Shown in pieces: positions 31,710 through 55,665 of a stretch of DNA of 64,000 nt. The notes under the pieces are model-generated. The model was not told the origin of the DNA and made no database searches. It worked only from the letters and a program-made list of their open reading frames with translations. Every line of letters starts with the position of its first letter. Positions within the stretch are counted from its first letter, which is position 1. The stretch lies in contig OZ218951.1 of NCBI GenBank assembly GCA_965112735.1, positions 4,898,001-4,962,000 of the forward strand, in the 5' to 3' direction. A program made the translations under genes and the position numbers. Source of the DNA: Phaeosaccion multiseriatum. Its lineage: Eukaryota > Protista > Ochrophyta, other classes.

Positions 31710-33228
31710 TCATTCCTTGACGCCGCCGGACGCGCACGAGAGGTCGTCATCGTCGCCAATATGCCCCAAATCCGCCAATTGAAGCTCCAACGCCCAATGC
31801 TCTTCCCTCTCGCTTCGATGACCACCTCCCCCTCCCCCTCCCCCTCCCCCTCCCCCTCCCCCTCCCCCTCCCCCTCCCTTTCCCTCTCCGCCTCCCTTTC
31901 CCTCTCCCTCCCCCTCTCCCTCTCGTCGAAGGCTTGACCGCTCCTGAATGTGCTGCTGAGTGTGGTGCTGAAGGCTGCGAATGTTAGGCCTACCTCCTCT
32001 TCCTCCTCTTCCTCCTCCTGCTGCTGCTGCTGCTGATCGAAGGCCTTTCCCCCCCCCACCGAATGCGCCGAGTCCATCCTCGAGTTCGTTGTACACGTCA
32101 TCCTCATCCTGGTCGTCGCCAATGCTGATGTGGATGCTGCTGTTCCCGTCGTCACCGTCTTCTCCCTCCCTCCCTCCTCCGCCGCCTCCTCCTCCTCCTC
32201 GTCCTCCTCCTCCTCCTCCTCCTCCTCCTCCTCCTCCTCCTTCTCCCTCGCTATCTTCTGCACCTTCACCGTCGCCATCACCCCCCTCCTTACCGCCCTT
32301 GTTCCCTTCCTCCTGTAGCATAGCGTAGAAGTCAGCGTAAGTCACTCGGACCCCACCTCCCCCCCGCCCCCCTGCTGCGGCGGCCCCCCCTCCCCCGGTC
32401 ACGGCCCCGGAGTCTGCAAGGTCGTCATCTTGGTTTTTTATGCACTCCAGCATTTCAACCAGTTCCGCGCCTGGGACAGAGCGAGGGGGGGAGTATGAGA
32501 GTGGGGGAGGGAGAGAGCGAGGGGGGGGGAGTATGAGAGTGGGGGAGGGAGAGCGAGGGGGGGGGGAGTATGACAGTGGGGAAGGGTGCCTCTTCCTCCC
32601 TGGTCGTGACTCTCCTAAATCGACCAAATCTGCAGTACTCTTATTGTTTGTCGGGCTTCGAGGAAGTGCTCCCAATGAATGGGCCTGAGCCCAGTCACAA
32701 GCGACCGATCACTTCACTCTTAGTGACTTACTGCTAAGGTTGTCCCCTAGCTCGTGCGAGATGGCGGTGAGGTCACTAGGCGTGATGACGCCGCTGTGGG
32801 AGGTGTCGAACATGTCAAACACCGCCTTGATCTCCGCGTCCTACGTTGAGGAGGAGGAGGAGGAGGAGGAGGAGGAGGAGGAGGAGGGGAGGAGGAGGAG
32901 GAGGAGGAGGAGGAGGAGGAGGAGGAGGAGGAGGAGGAGGAGGAGGAGGAGGAGGAGGAGGAGGAGGAGGAGGAGGAGGAGGAGGAGGAGGAGGAGGAGG
33001 AGGAGGAGGAGGAGGAGGAGGAGGAGGAGGAGGAGGAGGAGGAGGAGGAGGAGGAGGAGGTCAACAAACTAACCAACCAACAAACCAACCATCAAACCAT
33101 CCTACCAACCAAATGACAACGGCATACCCCGGGGCTTACTATTTCCCGCGCAGAAAGCACATCCCCTCTGTTGGTATCATCTCTTGAAACGTCACACGCA
33201 CACACACGCACGCACGTACACACACACA

Positions 33229-33281
<53 letters not shown>

Positions 33282-33914
33282 ACACACACACACACATACA
33301 CACACGTACATTGTTCCTCTGGCTGCAGGCGGCGACTTCAGAGATAACCTCCTGAGCAAACTCCTCAAAGCTCAGGAGGCCGGTCCTCGACTGCGGTGCA
33401 ACCTTGCCGCCCTGCTGATGTACCACCAACCGCTGCTGCTGTGGATGCTGGTGCTGCTGCCCTGTCGCCCGTCTACGGAGCATTCGCTGCACGGCCTCGT
33501 ACATGAAGGGGTTCTTCTCGTTGAAGGAGAGCGCCTGCATGGACTTGAGCAGCTCCTTGAGGCTGATGCGGCCTGTGCGCACATGAACGTGCATGTGTGT
33601 GAGTCGGTCTGGGTTGGGTTGGGGCTTGGCTGGGCTTTGGCCTGGATGGAGAAGAAGCCCATCGATCCATTCGGTAGCAGCACCTCACTTTGCTTGTGCT
33701 CTCCTTTCTCCGAACCTTTTCTTCCTCATCCTCTCCCCCCTCTTTAGAAACTGCACTGCTTGCCTGTTTGATCGGAGTCGTACATCGAGAATGCCTCCCA
33801 CAGCTCATCGATGGCCTCCGGATGCACCAGTTGGCGGTTGTTGTTCTTGACCTCGTTGATGCCACTGGTGGTGGCAGCGGTGCTCTTGCGTCTGGCTGCG
33901 GCCTTCCTATTCAT
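31710..33914 (-). CDS. Centrin/calmodulin-like EF-hand protein with loop insertions and a long acidic/Gly-rich tail
   Basis: ELWEAFSMYDSDQT|GRISLKELLKSMQAL; GLLSFEEF; EIKAVFDMFDTSHSGVITPSDLTAISHELGDNLS; AELVEML...VTYADFYAML. The first in-frame ATG is at 33914. Confidence 0.75.
32848..33060. repeat. (GAG/CCT)n tract forming the 3' end of an intron
   Basis: About 70 triplets immediately before the acceptor of the minus-strand EF-hand gene. Confidence 0.9.
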
Positions 33915-34185
33915 GGGGAGCTCCTGGGGCTCGCTGACTGACTCCAAATTCGCTATTTCTTCGCCACCCACGCCTTGATCGACACCCTTACTAACTACTA
34001 ACGGATTCTTCGTAAGTCAAGGGGAAGGTTGTGGCCCCCCTTCTCCCTCTCTCTTCTCCACTTTCTCTACCTCTCTGTCCACTGATCTTTATCTACCTGT
34101 CCACCCTTCTGCCTCTTTGTCCCACCCGTGTGCTGGAACCCCGCCGCTACCCCGCGGCGCAGCTTCTAGGAGGTCGAGTCGCACC

Positions 34186-35870
34186 ATGCAGAGGGCCTTC
34201 AGCAGCGAGGTAGGGGGCGTTTGTTTGTTCTCCTTCTCTCGTCGTTTTTTAGCCTGCATCACTCTCCCCCCCAGGCCATGCAGCCGTTATCTCTCTCGTC
34301 TCTCATCCTTCCCCATTTCCCTGCTCCGACGCTTTTGCAGGCTACTCGCGTGTCTGAAGCCATTCTACGTGGCCAGAGCGTCAAAAAGGTGCAGGCGGCT
34401 GTGAGGGCACTCGTCGCTAAGAACGGAGGGAGGAGGGCATGCTTGGACGAGCCCGTCCACGGATCCGGGTATCCTCCCCTGCACGTAGCGGTGAGAGAGG
34501 AGAGGGGTGACATCGTTGCTCTTCTGCTGCAGGAGGGGGCGTCGCCGAGTGCTGCAGAGCCTGCACATGGCGCGAGTGCGTTGATTGTTGCATGCTTGTG
34601 GAAGGATGCTGCTATCGTACAGCAGCTCCTCTCTGGTGGTGCTGACGTCAATGCAGTGGCTATAGATGGAACTACGGCTCTCAAAGCAGCCTCCTCTGCT
34701 GGGGCCATTGTGCTCGTGCACAAGCTGCTCTCTGCCGGTGCCAGGGTGGACTTGGCTACCAGTGGGGTTGCGACGGCGTTGTTCCTCTCCTCCCAGGAAG
34801 GGCATCATGCAGTGGTGCAGCAGCTCCTAGCGGCGGGTGCAGAGGTGGACCGGGCAAATATGATGGAGGGGCGTACAGCCCTGCATGCAGCCTCACATGG
34901 AGGACATGAAAGAGTGGTGCAGCAGCTGCTCTCAGCCGGGGCGGAGGTCGATAAGACAGATTCTGGAGGCGTTACGGCCTTGCTATTGGCCTCCCAAGAT
35001 GGACATCATGCGGTGGTGCAGCAGCTGCTGTCGGCCAGTGCTGATCCCAACCAAGTGAATGAAAGAAAGGTAGGAGGAAGAACCCCCTTAATGGTGGCCA
35101 TAGTGAAGGGGCACGACAGGGTAACGCACCTACTGCTGACCTCCGGAGCCAATGCGAATTTGCCGACCCACGACCCATGGTTTCCGCTTGGTGTGGCGAG
35201 CCAGGAGAATCATGGCCTTATAGTGGAGCAGCTCATCGCAGCCGGCGCTGACCTGGACAGCCGTAATGGTGAGGATGGGTGGACAGCGTTGGGTGTTGCG
35301 TCTGCCAATGGACACAGAAGCATTGTGCGGAAGCTGCTCAGGGCTGGGGCAGAGGTGACTGAATTGAGTGGCGACGGGTATGGAGCGATACACTTGGCGT
35401 CTCAGTTTGGCCATGCTCGCGTCGTGGAGGAGCTCATCTCAGCAGGTGCTGATGTGGAAATGCTGACAAGTCACGGTTCAACAGCTTTGCACATGGCTGC
35501 TGGGTTTGGTCATGGGGCAGTGATCCGTGTGCTGCTGTCTGCGGGGGCTGATCCTGAAAATGAGGGCACTATCAACAGTGGAACGCCCTTGTGTTGTGCA
35601 GCATGTACGGGCCATTGCGGGGCGACGCTGGAGCTGCTCTCTGGAGGGGCATCACTGGCAAAGGCTCTGACTCAGGCACGAAGGGATTGCGATGCAGCCT
35701 GTGTTGTTGAATTCCTCCTTGCCGCGGACAGACATCACTTTGCGTCACAGAGCGCGTTGGACCTGATGCGGGGCACTGACCTTCTCTTTGGCAAGGAAGG
35801 GAGGCTGAAGGTGTCGCAGAGAGAGCTTAGCCCTGAGGTGCTGCAGGAGGTGGCGGAGGAGATGGCATGA
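34186..35870 (+). CDS. Ankyrin-repeat protein ANK-A (about 12 repeats; exons 34186-34209 and 34341-35870)
   Basis: Repeated T(A/P)L..A...GH..VV..LL.AGA.V motifs. The 8-codon first exon MQRAFSSE|gtag is matched by the paralogue. Confidence 0.92.
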
Positions 35871-36377
35871 TGAAAGGGACACCTCTCGCCTGCGGTGGGA
35901 AGGAAAGTGGGCGGTCTCGAGCTACTCACTCTCACAGTCAAGCACAAGGAGGAACGGCAGAGAGGGGTGGGTGGGGGCGGAGATGGGCCGAGCATTCGAT
36001 CTCCACGCGAGACTTGACCAAGAGCACCAAGCAAGGGTCGAACCCCTTCGCGTGGGGGGGGGCTATGGCAACAGGGTCAGAGGGTAGAGGCGGAGGAGGT
36101 GCGTAGGAGAGGGAAGCAACAGGGCGGTGAGGAGGGGCTGCCTCGTGATGCGGGGGAGGGAGGTAGAGCGACCCCTCCTTGTTGATTAAATGAAAATGAA
36201 TTATAGATAGGTCCTGTCCTCGTTTTTATGGATCCCTTGCTAGGATCTTGCCTTTTTGTCCGTCCCAAATGGGGCCCGGTGGCGCATTGTTTGCGATGCA
36301 TCTATATAATATCGATGCATCTGTATAACATCGTATCCCGCCCCCTATTTTATAGCTTTATAGATGCCCTTGAGGGC

Positions 36378-47581
<11,204 letters not shown>

Positions 47582-47840
47582 GTTCTTTTCCTGACGTTTT
47601 ACATTCCTGAGAAGCGAGCAGCAGCTGCAAAATCCTTGTTGACTTATACAAAGAAACACAGGAGCTGTAAGGCAAGGTGTAAGGCAATGAAAAAGCATAA
47701 GGCAGCAACCCAGGGGTGGAGAACGCGGCGAATATCGGCAATCGTCAGCTAAAGCAGCCGCATTACATTACCAGCAGAAGCGGAACGGCAAGGAGGGTTT
47801 GCTAACTACCTGAGCTCCTTCTCCTGTCTGACTGGAAAGC

Positions 47841-50800
47841 ATGATGCTCAGCCGACTGAGCGCTCGCAAGGTGAGTTCTACATGGACACGCAGACGAAGA
47901 ACAAGAGATCAGTCAGAGACGAGGAGAAGTTTTTCCTCCTCATGTTTTCCCTCTGTGCTTTCGTGCAACCCAGCGCTCCCCTGTGCCTACCCGAAGTCCC
48001 CGCCGCTCGGTTCTCAGGCCCCGCTTGTCTCTCTTATCTTCTGTCTCTTATCTCCCTCTCCTTCCTCTCTTCGTCTCTTCGCTCCATCCTTACACAGGGC
48101 GTGCTGCGGGCACTAAGCTCGGGCCGCTCCGCCAGCTTCCCTCGCGTCATGTCTACGGCTACGGATAAAATCTTTGCGCCCTGCGATACGGTAAGCGGTG
48201 GATGACAGCGGCCCTCCAATGCTCTCTCCCTCTCCCAGGATTTCAAGCCCTACTCTCTTCCCGATGATGAGTCGTTCCTTCGGTCAAACGCATCGACCGT
48301 TGAAGAGTCCACAGTTGTCTCGGCTTGCAGCCTACCCTCAGAGAGAGTTGTATGTCCTTAAGGAGAATGAGGCCGCCCCACCTGCCCCCTTCACTTCGTC
48401 TCACATGTCCTTTTTCCTTTATATATTCACTGTCGCACACTCGACATCACAAACGACCCACACACTTGCCCAACTTCTACCCGCACCCCCCCCAACCTAA
48501 CCCCGGTCCATACAGGGCGAGCACGTTTATTTTCCTTAGCTTTCACACCGCTCCTGTTTTATTCCTCCGCTGCCAGCCCACGTCACAACCTCTCATCCCC
48601 TCTCTCCCTCTCCTCCTTCCCTACCAACGCAGTTCGACCGCCGCCACATCGGCCCCGGCCCTGCTGACACAGAGACCATGCTCGCGTCCGTCGGAGCTTC
48701 ATCACTGGAGGAGCTCACCGACCTCACCGTGCCCCCCCACATCCGCCTCGACAAGGACCTCGCACTCGAGCCCGCCCTCTCTGAGACTCAGGCCCTGGCG
48801 CGCATCGGGGAGATTGCCAAGAAGAACAAAGTGCTCAAGGTGAGATTAGAAAGGGTGTGGGGAGGATATCGGTGTATGGCATGTGATGGTTATGATGTCA
48901 GAGTTGCCTACCCACTACCCGACACGACACGACACTGTGGAAGCAGCAGCAGCAGCAGGAGCATAAGTTCAGTTACCGCACCCATCCTTTCTCTCTCTCT
49001 TTGTTTAACCCGCTCTCTTATCCTCACTCCCACCACCCTCCTCCCTCCACACCCGACCCCACCCCAACCTCTCCATCTCAAACAAACATGCCACCCCACC
49101 CCTCAGTCCTTCATCGGCATGGGCTACTCGGAGACCGTGGTGCCCGGAGTGATCCTGCGGAACGTTTTGGAGAACCCTGGCTGGTACACGGCCTACACCC
49201 CGTACCAGGCAGAGATCGCACAGGGTCGGCTCACTTCCCTCCTCAACTTCCAGACCATGGTCGCTGACCTCACAGGTACGCGACGACCGTGTCGGGTGTG
49301 TGTAGGCGGGTTGGTTGTGCGCGTCGGATTATTTGTGCGTCGCAAAACACATGGCACCCCCCCCCCACACACACACATACACACATACACTCACACAGTC
49401 ACGTACCCTTCTCACACCTCTCCTCCCACCCCTCCCACACGCGCACTCATCCCAACCCACCCACTCACACACGCACGTACGCACACACACGTTGGTGATA
49501 CACCCCCACTTACAGGAATGGACATGTCCAACGCGTCCCTCCTCGACGAAGCCACTGCCGCCGCTGAGGCCATGTTCCTTTGCTACGGCCTCAAGAACCA
49601 AAAGAGGAAGAAGTTCTTTGTGTCCGACCAATGCCACCCGCAGACCATCGCCCTCATCGAGACAAGGGGGGGTGCGATTGACATGGAGCTTGTGGTGGGC
49701 AAGCCGGAGGATGTGGACTTTTCGGGGAAGGATTTCTGTGGTGCGCTTGTGCAGTACCCTACTACGTATGGAAGTGTGGAGGACTACGAGAGCTTCGCAG
49801 ACAAGGTGAGGAAAAGAAGGAGAGAAATGGGCTGTTGGGGTCGAAGGTTACGAGTCGGTCTGGGTGGAGATGCGCAGGTGATGAAGGTGAAGGTGGTCGG
49901 GGTGGATGTTGAGTTAGGCCATGCCACACACACACACACGCACACACACACATGTCCTGAGGAAAGGAAGGGCAACCGGTCCAGTGTTTTGCTCGGCTGT
50001 CCTTGCTTCTCTTTGCCTTGACCCCTCCCCTCCGTTCTCCCTCCCTCTCTTCCCCTCCCTCCCTCCCTCTCTCCCCCTCCGTCCCTCCCTCCCCTCCCAC
50101 CCCAGGTGCACGACGGAGGAGCCCTTCTTGTGTGCGCCACTGACCTCATGGCCCTCACTGTGCTCAAGCCCCCCGGGGAGTTTGGGGCAGACATCGCCGT
50201 GGGGTCGGCGCAGAGGTTCGGAGTGCCCATGGGCTACGGAGGGCCACATGCGGCCTTCATGGCCACCAAGCTCGCCTACAGTAGAAAGGTGCGTGGCGGG
50301 GGGAGCGGGTGCGTGCGTGGGTGCGTGCGTGGGTGCGTGCGTGGGTGCGTGGGTGCGTGGGTGGGCGGGTGGGGGTGGGATGTGCGTCTTATGTTGTCTA
50401 CTCTCCTTTGAAACGGCCGAATGCCGTGCCTCTTCATCATTCATCCTCACTCTCCATTCTCTCCCTCGCCCTCTTCCCCCCTCTCTCCCTCTCTTTCTCT
50501 TTGTGACGAAACTATATGTGTGTATACTCTGTGCCTCTCTTCCCCCCACTTCCCCCTCTCTCTCAACTACCCAACCCACCCTCTACCCTACCACTCACCC
50601 CACACAAACAGATGTCTGGACGCATCATCGGCGTGAGCATCGACAGCCAAGGAAAGCCCACCTTACGTATGGCCATGCAGACACGCGAGCAGCACATCCG
50701 CCGCGACAAGGCCACCTCTAACATCTGCACGGCACAGGCGCTGCTTGCCAACATGGCTGCCATGTATGGTGTCTACCACGGCCCCGAGGGGCTCAAGGAC

Positions 50801-52666
50801 ATTGCTCAGAGGATCCACGGCATGGCCGTTGTAGCGGCGGATGCGTTGAAGAAATGGCTCAAGGTCAATGAGGAGAACTTCTTTGACACGTTTACTGTAA
50901 CTGTTCATTCGGCAGAGGAGGTTCAGGCCAAGGCGGTGGCGGCAGGTGTGAATGTGCGAGTTGTGGACTCGACGACGGTGGGGCTGAGCTTCGGAGAGGC
51001 GCACACGAAGGATGATGTAGTGGCCGTGTTGTCGGCCTTTGGCGTGATGGTAGGAGATGCTGAAGTGGAGCTGTTGTCGGCGGCGGCAGACACGTCGATT
51101 GCGGGTGGGTTTGCCCGCACGAGTGCTTTTATGACACACGATGTGTTCAACATGCACCACTCGGAAACGCTCATGCTGCGCTACCTCAAGATGCTTGAGA
51201 ACAAGGATTTGTCTCTGAACCACAGCATGATTAGCTTGGGCTCGTGTACGATGAAGCTCAACGCCACGGCCGAGATGCAACCCGTAACCTGGCCGGAGTT
51301 CGCCAACATGCACCCTTTTGCCCCTCAGGACCAGGCTCTGGGCTACAAAGAGTTGATTGACACGCTCAACGCCGATCTGGCGGAGATTACGGGCTTCAAG
51401 GCCGTGTCGGCACAGCCCAACTCGGGCGCGCAGGGGGAGTACGCGGGGCTGCTGTGCATTCGCGAGTACCACCAGGCGAGGGGAGACGACCACCGCAACA
51501 TTTGCCTCATCCCCGTGTCTGCCCACGGCACCAACCCGGCCTCAGCGGTGTTGAGTGGCATGAAGGTGGTGGTGGTCAAGAGCGACGAGAATGGCAATGT
51601 GGATGTGGAGGACCTGAGGGAGAAGGCGGCCAAGCACAAGGACAACCTGGCTGCGTTGATGATCACGTACCCGTCTACCTACGGTGTGTTTGAGGAGGGC
51701 GTCAAGGATGTGATTGACTGCGTGCACGACCACGGAGGACTCGTTTACATGGACGGCGCCAACATGAACGCTCAGGTGGGGCTCACCTCCCCCGGTCACA
51801 TTGGTGCGGATGTGTGCCACTTGAACCTCCACAAGACCTTTTGCATCCCGCACGGAGGAGGAGGGCCCGGCGTGGGCTCCATCGGGGTGAACGAGAAGCT
51901 CGCACCCTTCCTTCCGGGCCACCCTGTGCAGGCGTGCGGCGGAGAGGGAGAAGGCACGGTGGCCAAGACCAAGGGGGCAGTGGCAGCGGCGCCCTTCGGA
52001 TCGGCTGCCATCTTGCCCATTAGCTGGATGTATGTCAAGATGCTCGGAGAGCCGGGACTCAAGAAGTCGACGCAGATGGCAATTTTGAACGCAAACTACA
52101 TGGCCAAGCGGCTGGAGGAGGGCAAGGATAACAAGGGGCAGGGCAAGTTGGGTTACAACATTCTCTACAGGGGCAAGAACGGCTACAGCGCGCACGAGTT
52201 TATTGTGGACCTGCGTCACTTCAAGTCACACGGAATTGTGGAGGAGGACGTGGCGAAGCGGTTGCAAGACTACGGCTTCCACAGCCCCACCATGTCTTGG
52301 CCAGTTGGTGGTACGCTCATGATTGAGCCCACCGAGTCAGAGGACAAGGCAGAGCTGGACCGTTTCTGTGACGCCATGCTTGGCATCCGTGCCGAGATTG
52401 AGGCCGTGGTGTCAGGAGAGGTGGCGGCCGAGGACAGCCCTCTAAAGCACGCACCCCATACGGAGGAGATGGTGAATGGAGGAGGAGAGTGGACGAAGAA
52501 GTACAGCCGAAAGACGGCGGCGTTCCCGGCACCCTTCGTCAAGAGGAACAAGTTCTGGCCGACGACAGGACGAGTAGACAATGTGTTCGGAGATAGGAAC
52601 TTGGTGTGCTCATGCCCGCCGCTGGAGGACTACGCGGAGGAGGGAGACATGGAGTACGGCACCTAA
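47841..52666 (+). CDS. GLDC: Glycine dehydrogenase (decarboxylating), glycine cleavage system P protein, mitochondrial precursor
   Basis: Arg/Ser-rich presequence exons (47841-47870 and about 48098-48190); FDRRHIGP; SFIGMGY; [21 protein letters not shown]; [15 protein letters not shown]; [25 protein letters not shown]; LGSCTMKLN; [18 protein letters not shown] (PLP lysine); [17 protein letters not shown]. Confidence 0.98.
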
Positions 52667-53507
52667 GCTAGAGACTTGCTTGCCTTTAGGGCCTAGGTGG
52701 GTTAGTTGGAGACGGAGGGAGGGAGGGAGGGAGGGAGGGAGGAAGAGAGGAGAAGATCTCATCGGTAGGTGAATTTGCGGACGGACTAGGGACTGATTGA
52801 GGAAGGTTTTTTGGTGTTTTCGACACACAAGTGTGGGGTGTGTGGTTGGATGGTGTATAGAGGGATTGGGGGGTTGCCATCACTCCATCTTTCTCAGGAT
52901 CGCAGCGCTGAGCGAGCTTTGGGACTCTGGAGTCAAAGAGGAGGTGTTGGGTTTGGTTTATGATGTGACAAATAATATACTAAGACATTAAAGAGTTTTT
53001 TGTTGGGAATGGAATGGAACAGATGAAACGCGGCCAACCCACACTTCTTCTCTTCGCATTCTCCCCACTGTCGCCCTTCCACTGCTTGTGCTGGTTGGTT
53101 ATCACTGCTCTCTGGTTACCGCTGCTCCGCTTCGCTTCAAGAGCAAACCGATCACTACGAAATACTTGAGGTGTCAGCCACGCGTGAAGCAAAAGTACGT
53201 GGAAAAAGGGTCGATATTATTTTAAGTGCCCCTCAAAACCCACCACCTCTCCCTCCTTTCTTCCTATATACAACTCCTCCCCCGCTCCCTGCAGTACGCA
53301 ACGGGCCCACAGACAGAACACTCACTGCCCCGACCCGTCCCCCCGCCCTGAGCCCTTTGCTTCTTTTCCACCCCCCTCCTCAGAGCCCTTCCCTTCGCTG
53401 CTGCTCTCCCACTCCTCGGACTCGTCCTGCATGGTCTTCCTCCCCTTCCCTCCCCCTTGTCCTCCTCCTCGTTCTGTTCCTCCTCCCGTTCTCAGCCCTG
53501 GCTGGCC

Positions 53508-53713
53508 CTACTCCTCCTTATCCAGGCCTTCGTAGTCTACTCCCTCTTCGAAGTCGTCAGGCACCTCGTCGGTCTGATTAGGGTGGGTGCCGTACGTGAG
53601 AAACCAAAACAGATGGCGGTAGATGGCGTTCGTCAGAGAACCGACCATCACACCAAACATACACAAGAGTCCCATCAGAACATCGGACCCTCACACACCC
53701 ACGCGACCCATCC

Positions 53714-53782
<69 letters not shown>

Positions 53783-55614
53783 CAACACGAAACCACCCTC
53801 CCCAACCGCGCCATCCATGTCTGCACAAGTCTTGATCGAAGTGATGCAAGAAAAAGGTAACCTCCCCTCCCCTCCCCTCCCTCCCTCCCTCCCTCCCTGC
53901 CTGCCTGCCTCCCTCCACACCCACCCACCCCACCCCAATCCATCCACACACCCACACCCACCTATTGACTTACCATGTCTATGTAGTCCTTATCGAAGTG
54001 ATGCAGCCGAATGTAACCGTCCTCCGCCCCGCTGCAGTAGCTCGTCCCGTTGGGACACACGGCAATGGCGTTGATGGGTCCAAAGTGACCTTTAACACGC
54101 CCAAACTCCTCCTCGTAGATCATGTTGTAGAAGCGCGTCTCGAACTTGCCCACCCGTCCTGAGGTTGTGGTCACTGTCATGGCATCCTGACCACCGCCCT
54201 GTAAGAGTACAATGTAAGCAATGTAAATCAAGATTGTATATGTATATACAGTGTAAGCAATATACTGCAAGTCAATGACTGCATGGAGTGCTTGGGTACT
54301 GTTTGCGTTTTGTGTAAGAGTAAGTCCATGCTTCAAGGTACGTGAGTGGGTATGGGTGTGGGGGTGAGGTGGTGGGGTTTTGTGTGCTGGATGGGTGGGT
54401 GTGGGTGGTGGAGGGTGGGTTGGAAGACATGCGTATACACATAAGCATACACACACACATTTAACCCTTGCGTATCAATTGTATAAACCTCACGTAACCT
54501 CTTACGTACCATGAGCATGTGCGGCTTGGTGGGGTGGAAGCAAGCGGCGTTGACGGGCCTCTCTGTGGTGAAGGTTTTGAGCACCTCAAAGGTGTGTGCA
54601 TCAAGCAGCTTGGAGGCGTAGTCCTTCGAGGCGGTGAGAAGCAGCGTCTTGTCCTTGTTGAGGGAGATACGGTTGATGGAGCCGCTGCGGGTGGGGGGGG
54701 GAGGGAGGGAGGGAGGGAGGGAGAGGTTAAAGTCGGCAGGATAGGAAAGGAAGGATAAAGGTTGGCAAACAATGGATAATCAGTCAATCGACTACCGAAA
54801 GCGCTTGGCTGGGGGGGGGGTGTCGATCGACAAGGAGGGGACGCCGCCCATAAGCCACCAGAACTCAAAACAAAAACACCCAAACCAACCAAGCAAACAA
54901 AAACAAACGTGATCGCATGTAATGTTACACATTCTTACTTGTGGATGGCCTCGTGCTGCAGCTCCTCGCCGGTCTCCGGGTCGAAGCTCTTGATCACTCC
55001 GGACTCGAAGGCCACGATGATTCTCTCATTGGCGGACGACCACGCACAGCGAGTGGCCTTGACCTGTTGTTGTTGTTGTTGTTGTTGTTGTTGGCAGTGG
55101 ATGGAGGAGGAGGAGGAGGAGGAGGGGGGGGGGGGGGGGTGAGAGCAGGAAGAGGACGACGACGAGAGAGACGAGGAGGAGGATCAGGAGGACAAAGCAT
55201 GGCACTCGAATGAGGCACACACATGCCAGGGAGAAGGGTAGTAGCGGCAGTACATAACATGGACTAATGGCAGAGACACGACCCTCTACAAAACAGACAA
55301 AGGCGCTTGCACCCGTCGCCCTCGTCGATGGCCTCTCCATCTCCCTCTCTCTCTGTCCCTCTCCATCTTCCTCGCCCTCTCTTCTCCTAGTCTCTCTCTC
55401 TCTCTCCCTTCCCCTCCCCCTATCCCTCCCCACCTCCCTTCCCCCTCCCTCTCCTGAGGTCCTTTCCTGAGGTAGCGTACCTTCGGCGGCAATTCAATCT
55501 CTCTAAGGGCCTCCGTGTTGTACTCGCTGGGGATGGCGCCGTTGGGTGTGCTGAAAATGTTGATGGAGCCAGGTCTATCCATGAAGGGGTCGCTCACCGT
55601 CGCAAACTGTTTGA

Positions 55615-55665
<51 letters not shown>

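Noticed and set aside
34341-35870. Diversity-generating retroelement as the source of ankyrin variation
   Set aside because: No reverse transcriptase or template repeat is present in the window, and the substitutions are not confined to adenines.
35865-35873. Tandem TGA TGA in both ANK genes read as selenocysteine or readthrough
   Set aside because: Clear homology between the paralogues ends just after the stops and I recognised no SECIS element.
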